Source of the DNA: Macrostomum lignano | Lineage: Eukaryota | DNA: 64,000 bases | Assembly (NCBI GenBank): GCA_002269645.1 | Contig: NIVC01003090.1 | Location: forward strand, 56,148-120,147 | Direction of reading: 5' to 3' | Shown here: positions 27,880 through 38,094 of the stretch, piece after piece | Numbering within the stretch: the first letter of the stretch is position 1 | Layout of the letters: each line of letters starts with the position of its first letter | Program-made: the position numbers and the translations under genes | The notes under the pieces: generated by a model | Told to the model about the DNA's origin: nothing | What the model saw: the letters and a program-made list of their open reading frames with translations, nothing else | Databases searched by the model: none

Positions 27880-28751
27880 CAGGGGCGTCGCTACTCGCAT
27901 GGATTTTATGGTGGAGGGACAAAGCCAAGAATTCTACATGTACATGACTGATTTCCTACATGTACATTATTTTCAGAATCGGTGTTGTCAGCACTCATTT
28001 TAGTGCCACACGCACTCATTTTGGCGCCGCAGGCACTCATTTTAGCGCCACACGCACTCATTTTGGCGCCGCAGGCACTCATTTTAGCGCCACACGCACT
28101 CATTTTGGCGCCGCAAGCACTCATTTTAGCACCGCAGGCACTCATTTTGGCGCCGCAGGCACTCATTTTAGCGCCACACGCACTCATTTTGGCACCGCAG
28201 GCACTCATTTTAGCGCCGCAGGCACTCATTTTGGCACCGCAGGCACTCATTTTAGCGCCATACGCACTCATTTTAGCGCCGCAGGCATTCATTTTAGCGC
28301 CATACGCACTCATTTTAGCACCGCAGGCACTCATTTTAGCGCCACAGGCACTCATTTTAGCGCCGCAGGCACTCATTTTAGCGCTGCAGGCACTCATTTT
28401 AGCGCCGCACGCACTCATTTTAGCGCCACACGCACTCATTTTGGCGCCGCAGGCACTCATTTTAGCGCCGCAGGCATTCATTTTAGCACCGCAGGCACTC
28501 ATTTTGGTGCCGCAGGCACTCATTTTAGCACCGCAGGCACTCATTTTAGCGCCGCAGGCATTCATTTTAGCACCGCAGGCACTCATTTTGGTGCTGCAGG
28601 CGCTATATTTTGTCGCCCTGAAGTAAAATTATCGATTTCCATAACGGGTCACAAGGTGGGGTGAGGGACAAAGCATTGGCATGTCCCCCTATAGATTTTA
28701 CTGGGGGGGGGGGCATGTCCCTCTGTCTTCCCCCCGGTGGCGACGCCCCAG
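27880..28751. mobile_element. hAT-type non-autonomous element (MITE), 872 bp, with an internal 21-bp array
   Basis: TIRs are CAGGGGCGTCGCTAC (27880) and GTGGCGACGCCCCAG (ending 28751), matching at 13/15. A perfect 8-bp TSD, GAGAGTAC, lies at 27872-27879 and 28752-28759. Confidence 0.88.
27990..28600. repeat. 21-bp array (GCACTCATTTTAGCGCCGCAG)n inside the MITE
   Basis: 7-aa periodic artefact ORFs (MSACGAK, ALILAPQ) and direct reading. Confidence 0.95.
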
Positions 28752-28812
28752 GAGAGTACAGTACAACAAGTCTTTCCAAGCTGTGGTTCGCATGGTTAAC
28801 GATCCTCTGGCA

Positions 28813-30249
28813 TCACTTGGACACATCCTTGAACTTGACGCTCTTCTTGTGATCCCTGCCGGCTGCACCTGCGGCTGCTGAGGAGCCTCTCGCTTCGTCG
28901 CCGTCCTTTGCTGTTGCGTCTTCTCCTTGCGCCGCTGCCGCCGCCGCCGTTGCCGCGGTGTCCGCTGAACCGATCGTCAGCTCTGAGATACCCGTGTCCT
29001 CCCGCAGCACCGTGGCCGGCTTCGGCGCCGACATGGCGGCGTGGTACAGCTCAAGCAGCTGGCAGGCGTTCGACACCGCGTTGTAGCGGGGCGGCGGTCG
29101 CAGCGCCTGCAGGTCCCGCGTGTTTGGCCGCTGCTGCTGCGGCTGTGGCTGCCGCTGTCGCTGCTGGGCCGCTGGCGCCAGCTTCGGCTTCGGCACCGTC
29201 GGATAGGGGAACTGCACAGCCTGAGCGCGCAGCCGCTCCGCGAGGAGGTCGCGCGCCTCCCTCACCGACAATTCGTCGACATTGACGTAGACAGTGTCCC
29301 CGGAGGCGCTGGTGTAGCGGCTTCGTCGACCTCCGCCGTTGTTGCCGCCGCTGAAGGTGGTCGGCCGGCTGGAAGATGACGCGTCGACGTCTTCGTCAAT
29401 CATCGGCGGAGGCGGCGGCGGCGGCGGCGGCAGGGTCGATGCGAAGCCGCCGGCAAAAGTCCTCGATCGGGACAGCCGGCCGCTGCCGCCAGCTCCGTCC
29501 AGGCTGGAGTACTCGGTGATGAAGGTGATCGGCTGCTGCCGCTGCTGCTGGAGCTTGCTTTGTCGCGGCGTTGTCGATGCGGCAACCTCTGGCGCCGTGT
29601 CCGCTCTTCGCAGCTGCTGCGGCGCCGATAGTGGCGGCGGCGCCAGGGGTGCCAGTTTGCGCGGCAGCGGCTGGTCGCATCTCAGCCATTCCAGAGCGCT
29701 TAGAAAGTGCGCGTCGTCCTTCAGGAAGCCGGAGGCGCCGCCGTCCAGCAGCAGGAAGAGGGCGCAGTGGTAGCGCCGCAGCCGGCAGGCGAGCATCAGC
29801 GGCGTCCAGCCCAGACGGTTCCGACAGTCGACGCTACTCCGGCCCTCGGCGCAGGCGCGGACCAGCAGGCAGACGATCCGGGAGTTGCCGATCACGGCCG
29901 CGTGGTGCAACGGCGTGCAGCCGTCGTTGTCCGGCTCGGTGGGGTCAATGACCCCCGACTCGGCCAGGTGGACCACCAGAGACTCCCGGTTGAACAGGCA
30001 GGCGTATGCAAGGGCGGTGCGGCCCAGCTGGTCCTTCAGAGTCAGGTCGGGCCCGGCCGCCAGCACCAGTCGGGACATGGCAGCGGCCGCCCGCTGGTTC
30101 TCCAGTGCGCAGCACAGCATCAGCGGAGTGCGGCCGTACAGATCCTGACTGTTGGCGTCGGCGCCGCACTGCTCAATCAGGAGTCGAACCTGGGCCACCC
30201 GGCAGTCTAGAATAGCCCGATGCAGAGCTGTATACTTGAGTCGTTGCAT
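28813..30249 (-). CDS. Ankyrin-repeat protein (N-terminal ANK repeats, low-complexity C-terminus), single coding exon, 478 aa; ANKRD34/63-like layout
   Basis: ANK motifs TALHRA, GRTPLMLC, GRTALAYAC, GCTPLHHAA and GWTPLMLAC. The ORF is uninterrupted, and an acceptor-like TTCTCTATTAG lies 7 nt before the ATG. Confidence 0.88.
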   Translation of the reverse strand: MQRLKYTALHRAILDCRVAQVRLLIEQCGADANSQDLYGRTPLMLCCALENQRAAAAMSRLVLAAGPDLTLKDQLGRTALAYACLFNRESLVVHLAESGVIDPTEPDNDGCTPLHHAAVIGNSRIVCLLVRACAEGRSSVDCRNRLGWTPLMLACRLRRYHCALFLLLDGGASGFLKDDAHFLSALEWLRCDQPLPRKLAPLAPPPLSAPQQLRRADTAPEVAASTTPRQSKLQQQRQQPITFITEYSSLDGAGGSGRLSRSRTFAGGFASTLPPPPPPPPPMIDEDVDASSSSRPTTFSGGNNGGGRRSRYTSASGDTVYVNVDELSVREARDLLAERLRAQAVQFPYPTVPKPKLAPAAQQRQRQPQPQQQRPNTRDLQALRPPPRYNAVSNACQLLELYHAAMSAPKPATVLREDTGISELTIGSADTAATAAAAAAQGEDATAKDGDEARGSSAAAGAAGRDHKKSVKFKDVSK

Positions 30250-30500
30250 CGCAGAGCTAATAGAGAACTACCATTGAGTTAGCAGAGACGGTGAGCTGCA
30301 GGGCTGGCAGCGGCCGAACTGGAGTTATACCAAAATGAAGAGATGATAAAAGAAGTGGCCATAGAGATGAGCGAGCGGAGAGCGAATGAGGCGGCGGGCC
30401 TGTGCTCAAACTGGCAGCAGCCTAGCGGGTCTGCAAGCAATCGTTGTGCAGTTTCTCCACCCTCGGCCTCTTTAACTGTCGTGGAAGTGACGGTATTGCC

Positions 30501-30534
<34 letters not shown>

Positions 30535-31120
30535 CTGTTTCGCCACACCTCAAACCTTAGCCAAGTCTAACCAAATGTTTTTTCTCTCTCTCTTACCTTT
30601 CCGCTCTGGCGACAGGTCATGGAGCTCTCCCAACAAACAATCTGGTGTGCGAATCCAGTCTAGAATAGCAACTTCAAAGTCAAGCTAAAGTTTTTATGCC
30701 AATCTGTGGGCAAAATCTACATATTTTACTAGACCTATGGCACTTTTAAGGCAGCAAAGTGATCTGTAGGTTTTACTCTCCAGAGATGCTCTGTTTACCC
30801 TAGCAGTACTCCTTGAATGTGGCACTTCAAGTTTGCAAGCGCAGAGAATGTCGTTACAGAGAGACTGTCTTGTCTTGAACTCGCACTGGGCCTTGGTCAG
30901 CTGTTATTTACCATTAGGAATATGGTTGTTTACACTATTTGAGTCTATTTACTCTCCATCTGTCTGTCTCTATCTCGCTGCTCATATATTAAGCTTCAAG
31001 AGTCCAAAAGACTTAAAAAGTCTTACGTCATTTTATTAAAAGTTGACTGAAATCTAACTACAATCTAAGCATAGTAGTAAAAATGGCCCTATAGGAGTCC
31101 CTCATAAACTGGTCATAGAC

Positions 31121-32783
31121 TTATTTTTTTGTCTGCTTTTGCACCGTCTTCTGCTTTTGCTGTTGCACTTTTTGCTGCTGCTGCTTCTGTGGCTGCTGGT
31201 AATGGACATGGATTCCCTTTTTCTGATCCGACTGCTGCTGCTGATGCTGCTGCTGATGCTGCTCCAGTTTTTCCAGTGGAATTGCTTCATCTGGAGTTAA
31301 TTGCTGCCCCAGCTGCCCTTGCTGCTCCTGCTGCTGTTGCCGCTGCTGAAGCACCGATACCATTAGCTGCTGCTGTATGGTGGACTGCTGCGGCTGCTCC
31401 TGCTGGTCCTTCTGTTGCTTGCCGTTGCAGCAGGTCGCGGCCAGGTCGCAGCCGCTCACCTGACCCCAGGGCGACCGCGCCGCTACCGCCGCATCGTTGG
31501 GATTCGACTCCAGCAGTGCGGCAACCGCCGGCATCGACACGGCCAGGGTCAGGCGGGAGCTGACGGCGGCCACAGCGCAGCAAACTTGGCACGCCAGCTG
31601 GCCGGTGTCAATGCACAGCCGCTGAGTGCCCAGCTGCACCGGTTGGTCGCACCGGCTGCACCTGGACAGGTGGGATGTCGGTGTGGTCAGGTTTGTCTTC
31701 ATTGTGTCAGGTTTGTCTTCAGTGTGTCAGGTTTGTCTTCAGTGTGTGTCAGGTTTGTCTTCAGTGTGTCAGGTTTGTCTTCATTGTGTCAGGTTTGTCT
31801 TCAGTGTGTGTCAGGTTTGTCTTCAGTGTGTCAGGTTTGTCTTCATTGTGTCAGGTTTGTCTTCAGTGTGTCAGGTTTGTCTTCAGTGTGTGTCAGGTTT
31901 GTCTTCAGTGTGTCAGGTTTGTCTTCATTGTGTCAGGTTTGTCTTCAGTGTGTGTCAGGTTTGTCTTCAGTGTGTCAGGTTTGTCTTCATTGTGTCAGGT
32001 TTGTCTTCAGTGTGTCAGGTTTGTCTCTAGTGTGTCAGGTTTGTCTCTAGTGTGTCAGGTTTGTCTCTAGTGTGTCAGGTTTGTCTCCAGTGTGTCAGGT
32101 TTGTCTCCAGTGTGTCAGGTTTGTCTCTAGTGTGTCAGGTTTGTCTCTAGTGTGTCAGACAGTGGATGCCGGTGTCAGGTAGCAGATGTCGGTGTGTAGG
32201 ACTGTTTCTGGCAGGTCAGAAAGAGTGTGGGTGTCAGAGGGCATGAAACAAGTCGGCAGGGGCAGAGCTGAAAAAGCAGCTCAGTGAAGCTCCACCAGCC
32301 GCTGTCTCACTTGAAGCAGGCGATGTGCCAGTTGCGCTGGCCGTGTCGCAGAAACTGCCTGGTGATGAGGCAGCCGCAGCCGCAGCAGACGAGGCCGCGA
32401 CTTGCCAGGCCGCACTGGACGCACAGCGGACCGCTGCTGCCGCCGAAGGTGACGAAGCCGCGGCTAGCGAGCTCGATGTCGCCGCAGCCGCGACAGGTCA
32501 GATGGTCGGCGTGGTAAAACACCGGCGCCACGTAGAGGAACTCTTTGTCGCGAATGGAGCGGCTGCAGCCGGCGCAGGTTGGCGCGAATCTGGAGCTGCA
32601 GGGGGCGCACATCACACGGCCCTGGAGGCGGAGCACCTTCGGACTGCCAATCAACGAAATTCCGCAGGCGCAGCAACGGAAGCAGTTCAAGTGGAAGCGG
32701 CTGTCGTCGTCAGTTTGGACGGCCCGACCGCCGCCAATGCTCGAGTGGCAGCCGGCGCACAGCTTGTGGGCGGCCGCCTTCAT
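31121..32783 (-). CDS. LIM-domain protein with three LIM domains and a Gln-rich tail; 2 exons (32783-32311, 31661-31121), about 337 aa
   Basis: LIM1 is CAGC...HLNCFRCCAC...CAPC and LIM2 is CAGC...YHADHLTCRGC...CVQC. LIM3 (CCGC...WHIACFK/CSRC...CQVC) is completed across a phase-2 GT-AG intron (32310-31662). AATAAA occurs at 31037-31032 on the minus strand. Confidence 0.82.
31685..32160. repeat. 18-20-bp array (GTGTCAGGTTTGTCTTCA[GT])n in the LIM intron
   Basis: Direct reading. Confidence 0.92.
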
Positions 32784-32884
32784 CTCCTGAGCAAAACTCA
32801 ATTTGCTAAATGTGAGCGCTGGGTTGAGCCTCTGAGATAGAGCTCAGGCAGCTGCTGCCATAGACTATTGATGGGTTAAAGCCA

Positions 32885-32954
<70 letters not shown>

Positions 32955-33248
32955 CGCTTCGCTCGCTCTTTCTCGCTATCTACCATCTATTGCCAGGACC
33001 TGCACCGGAGCGGTTACGAAAATTAGATTTCTCGGTAGTTGCTCGCACTCTTTTGCACTACTTGAGTAGTCTGATTTTCGTTCGGCATGGCTGGTTCCAG
33101 CAGGTAGTTCCTCTGGATAAAAGCGCTTACCGCGCCCATTGGCTTTCCAGCTGCCTTAATCGTTTCCGGTGATCTTGTGTGCGTGCATTCAGCTTGATTG
33201 GCTGCGGCAAGCAAGCTCGAAAGAGCTCGCTTCGCTCGCTCTTTCTCG

Positions 33249-33286
<38 letters not shown>

Positions 33287-33359
33287 GTCTTTCTATCTAT
33301 CTATCTACCTATCTATCTATCTATCTATCATCTATCTATCTATCTATCTATCTATCTAC

Positions 33360-33398
<39 letters not shown>

Positions 33399-33399
33399 C

Positions 33400-33468
<69 letters not shown>

Positions 33469-33498
33469 ATCTATCTATCTATCTATCTATCTATCTAC

Positions 33499-33549
<51 letters not shown>

Positions 33550-33550
33550 C

Positions 33551-33593
<43 letters not shown>

Positions 33594-33594
33594 C

Positions 33595-33641
<47 letters not shown>

Positions 33642-33675
33642 CCTATCTATCTATCTATCTATCATCTATCTATCG
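32885..33675. repeat. Two (TATC)n microsatellites (32885-32953, 33250-33675) bracketing a ~300-bp unique segment with a duplicated 28-bp motif
   Basis: CTCGCTTCGCTCGCTCTTTCTCGCTATC occurs at about 32953 and 33226. Two ATTGG (CCAAT) boxes lie between them. Confidence 0.85.
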
Positions 33676-35534
33676 TAAATGAATTCTTAAACAATAAAGA
33701 ACCATCAGACCATTAGGCGAGCTGCAATAACACGGGCCTAAAGTTTATAATATATTTTCCATGAATTAGCGGTCAATTTAAAAGAGCCCTATGAAAAATT
33801 GGCCCGAATTTTCGCCCGAAAACATATGAAATTGGGCCCGGAACTTTAAATTTGCGGGTGAAAACTAAAAAGCGGTCGATTCACCCGGAAAGCACGCCGA
33901 CAAAACGGTTGAAACTAAATCGGGCGAAAAAGCGGGACTCTCGCCCGGAAAGCGGGGAAAGCAGAAACCCAGACGTGCGGGTCTCTAGCCCGTTTTTTTT
34001 TCTAAAAGCGTGTCCTGAGGGACTTTGACGTGACGATGCAGATTAAAAATGGGTTTAAATCAATATAGCTAAACGAGTAGGAAGCTAGGTGCCCAGGTTC
34101 CAAGATTCAACCGTACATGTATGTTTATTATTTTAAAAAGTACTATTATAGGAGTTTATATATCGATCACAAATGGTGGGAAATAATGTGTCGAAATCAT
34201 TACTTCCATGTCCATGCCCTTCCATGCCCTTTTGGGGAATCTTTTTGCATGCTAATCTTTAATTTTTTACACGAGCCGCGTCTGGGGACTGCGTTTAAAA
34301 TTTTGACGCGGCTGAGATGCGGCTGGCGACTTGGAAGTGAAATCATTTACAATCGCTTACTATAAATACCTGTTTCTGAATAAGCTATTCACAGGCTAAA
34401 ATCTATTTTTATTAAGTATTTGCTGTGCTTTTCACTCTTTCATTGCGCTGACCAATGTGAAAAAAAGCTAGGAAACTATTTTGTTTGTTTTTTGTTACTC
34501 GAAAATTATTTAAATTTCAGACGCCACGTTTTCAGAACTTCGATATTTTATGTGCTAGCTAGTGAAGCGTGTTTTGTTACTTTTGTATTAATTTATCATA
34601 ATCTAACAGACAAAGTTTATTTAACTTCAAAAATAGTCAATGTGAATTATTTCACTAAATGAGTCAATAGCAAGGACTGATCCCCTGCCCCTGCCCTGGT
34701 TCAGGAATTGGCAGTCACATAGTTAATTATAATTTAATTAAGTCCAGTAATTAGCCTATTTATTTATTTCTTAAAGTTAGTAAAAATAGAAAATAATTTA
34801 GAAAACTTATCCTGATTAATATTTCACCTATAATGAAGATAGTATTGTATATGAGCACAGAGAGCTTGCTGAATGGTAAAAAGTTTTAGAACATAAGTAA
34901 CAAATCAATTTAAAAACCATTTATAAAGTCCAAATATAGCTCATAAAACTCTGAGTAGCATTAATATAATTTTTGCTTTTTCAAGTTTGTATAGTCTATA
35001 TAGTACTTTTTAGAAAGCTATGTATTCACATTATTTTTTAATCTGTATGCTTTTTGTATTTTATTTAATATAATTTTGATAACTTATTATATTCTAAGGG
35101 AACCTAAAGCCTAGAACTGAGCATTTTTCAAGGAAGCTAATAACTTGAAAAAGTTTTGCAATTTAACATATTCCCAGAGATAAAGGCCCTTTATATCTTA
35201 TAAATAAGCCTTCTTTTTGCTCTTATATGAATGTTTTAGATCTAATAATCTGAATATGTTTTGTAGAATAAACATTTACCATCAGATTTAACATTCCAAG
35301 CACTGTACTTATACCATTATAATTAAAGAAAAATTATTAATAATCAATTTTGTTGCCTTTTAATTTAGGTTTAGATTTTATTGCTCAATAAACAGAATTT
35401 TAGCATCATCATACCATGCTCCTAAGTCATTTATGCTATGTATACATGCCCCTCAGCCAAGTTTTCCTCTGGCCATTAATGTCTGATGACATTGGACTGC
35501 TAAGCGTCGTCGCCGGGATTATGCCGTGCACTAC

Positions 35535-35752
35535 AGGACTGGTGTTAGGCGACATACTCCAGCCCAGGACTGGTGTTAGGCGACATACTCCAGCCCAGGA
35601 CTGGTGTTAGGCGACATACTCCAGCCCAGGACTGGTGTTAGGCGACATACTCCAGCCCAGGACTGGTGTTAGGCGACATACTCCAGCCCAGGACTGGTGT
35701 TAGGCGACATACTCCAGCCTAGGACTGGTGTTAGGCGACATACTCCAGCCCA
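35535..35752. repeat. 31-bp array (AGGACTGGTGTTAGGCGACATACTCCAGCCC)x7 inside the TIR element
   Basis: Period of 31 (35535 and 35566). Confidence 0.95.
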
Positions 35753-35757
35753 AACAG

Positions 35758-36107
35758 TCTATTTTGAAGTCATGTAAAATCACAAAATCCGAGCTGCAGC
35801 GTGCCTACTCCCGATGCCGAGAGGGCCAACTACCGAGAAAGACCAGCGTCGCTAGAAAGGCGACGAAGACCAAACCAGGTGATGTTTTCATTTTTTTGTA
35901 TTGTAGTGTTGTTTAAAACGTTATTGACGCTTTTCTGCAACTGCGCCCCCTTCTACTCCAGGTGCGCTGCTTCGATTAGCTGGTGCTGCAGCATCTCAGC
36001 TGCCAGAATCTGCTGTTACACCACCCAGCACCAGGCTCACAACCAGTGACACTGCTAACATGTTCAATCAAGCGCAGTATCGCATCCTGTCGCTCGCTGA
36101 GTTATAA
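35758..36107 (+). pseudogene. Putative spliced coding remnant inside the TIR element (exons 35758-35878, 35962-36107)
   Basis: A GC-richer island in AT-rich DNA. An 83-bp GT..AG phase-1 intron joins SILKSCKITKSELQRAYSRCREGQLPRKTSVARKATKTKPG to ALLRLAGAAASQLPESAVTPPSTRLTTSDTANMFNQAQYRILSLAEL*. No family recognised. Confidence 0.35.
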
Positions 36108-37464
36108 ATCTATACCTAAACTTTGAACTTATGAATTTCTATCGCATTTGCTTTTGTTCTACACTGATTTGTTTTTTTCATTGCTTCGTAATGTGGCTGC
36201 GACTGGGAGGGAGGGATCTCGAAGTCACCTTAATTTGCACCAGACCCCATTACTGATCTCGGTTCTTCCTATCCTTCCGAATGTTGCTATTTCCCCCTCA
36301 CATCGTTTCTCTCCTTTCTCCATGGTCGCGCTAATACTTTCCCTATCTTAGCTATTTCACATGTGCATTCTGTGTGCACCCCTCTCCTTGCACTCTGTGC
36401 CTTAGATCTACCTCTTTTCAGTTGCAAACGTACTAGTATATTTGGTTATTTCTTAGCTGCAAATGCCCTATAAATAGTTAGTTATTTCTCCTTTTTATGG
36501 TTTTCTTCAGAATTTCTCTACGTCAAGCCCCTTCATGTTATCTTCTTTACAACTTTGTTTGTTTCTGTTTCGATTCTTTTCTTAACCCTCCTTTGCTTTT
36601 ATTACTTTAATGCTTTAATGCTTTTGCTTACTGAACGTATTGAATGCATACATTAAATATTTAAATAAACTATCGCGCACACTTTTTCTTATTATGTGGC
36701 CAAGCTTAAACATTTCTATCTAGATCTAGATTTCTTATTGAATCCCTCCAGAATTGCCTTATTTTTCTTCTCGATACATGTAGCTCTCTTGGAGGGGGTC
36801 ATTTAGCTCGTACATGCAAAATCTTCCTATTCAACTAGATACAAGTTTTATTACAGTATGAAAAGTGGCAGTCACCGTAATTAAGTTTATGCCCTCTAAA
36901 AACTTACTATAATATCGTGCACTATCACTAAGACCAAAAGCAGGAAATATGACCAGCTCTTCGGGCCGGATTTGCAAGCAAAATATCGGTTAACTGGCCC
37001 GGATTTTTCGGCGCAAAATAATTCTGGGTGAATCGCCCGTAAATATTCGGGTATAAATGCGGGTGCATGCACGGGTGCATCGCCCGAAAAACGAACTTTT
37101 CGTAACGATTCCGGGCCAGTAGCCCGGCAATTTTTACACCCGCAAAGTGCTGACGATTTCGGGTGAAGAGTAGGGTGAAAATTCGGGCCAATTTTTCATA
37201 GGGAGACAATAAAAAATTCCTAATGCTTATTTACAAAATTGTGACTGCAGTCAACTTCACGACATTTTCTGCAGATTTGAAGATAAAGTTACAAAACTAC
37301 AACCCTATTTCCTAAAAGTTATGTACGACGTAACGAACAAAAAGCAAAACTGGAAAATACTAAGTAATGTATTCTAATTTTGATGAGGATAGCAAACACA
37401 CTGGAACTTAATGAGCATGATTTCATGTTTGAATATTCAGCAAGATACAGAAAATAAAAGCTAC

Positions 37465-38040
37465 GTGTGACATGTGGGCTGTGTGACAGGTGGACTGTGT
37501 GGCAGGTGGGCTGTGTGACAGGTGGGCTGTGTGACAGACAGGCTGTGTGACAGACAGGCTGTGTGACAGACAGGCTGTGTGACAGGTGGGCTGTGACAGG
37601 TGGGCTGTGTGACAGGTGGGCTGTGTGACAGACAGGCTGTGTGACAGACAGGCTGTGTGACAGGTGGGCTGTGTGACAGGTGGGCTGTGTGACAGACAGG
37701 CTGTGTGACAAACAGGCTGTGTGACAGACAGGCTGTGTGACAGGTGGGCTGTGTGACAGGTGGGCTGTGTGACAGGTGGGCTGTGTGACAGACAGGCTGT
37801 GTGACAGACAGGCTGTGTGACAGACAGGCTGTGTGACAGGTGGGCTGTGTGGCAGGTGGGCTGTGTGACAGACAGGCTGTGTGACAGACAGGCTGTGTGA
37901 CAGACAGGCTGTGTGACAGGTGGGCTGTGTGACAGGTGGGCTGTGTGACAGGTGGGCTGTGTGACAGACAGGCTGTGTGACAGACAGGCTGTGTGACAGA
38001 CAGGCTGTGTGACAGGTGGGCTGTGTGACAGGTGAGCTGT
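37465..38040. repeat. 16-bp array (GGCTGTGTGACAGGTG / GGCTGTGTGACAGACA)n just downstream of the M13-like stop codon
   Basis: Direct reading. Two unit variants are interspersed in short runs. Confidence 0.95.
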
Positions 38041-38094
38041 GTCCAACAGAAGCAGTGAATAGCGTATTTGCAGGTATCCCTATCGCCAACGCAT

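Larger units (their letters stand above)
33787..37203. mobile_element. 3.4-kb TIR DNA transposon, CMC/EnSpm-like, apparently non-autonomous
   Basis: The TIR CCCTATGAAAAATTGGCCCGAATTTTC is a perfect 27-bp match (30/31 with extension) at both ends. A 2-bp AG flanks both sides (33785-86, 37204-05), and GCCCG/CGGGTGAA subterminal repeats are dense at both ends. No recognisable transposase ORF. The superfamily call rests on the CCC termini plus the 2-bp TSD (inference). Confidence 0.8.

Noticed and set aside
28908-32840. Plus-strand ORFs antisense to the ANK and LIM genes, and 58157-58888 antisense to the ZnF gene
   Set aside because: They are low-complexity mirror translations. The domain motifs are only on the minus strand.
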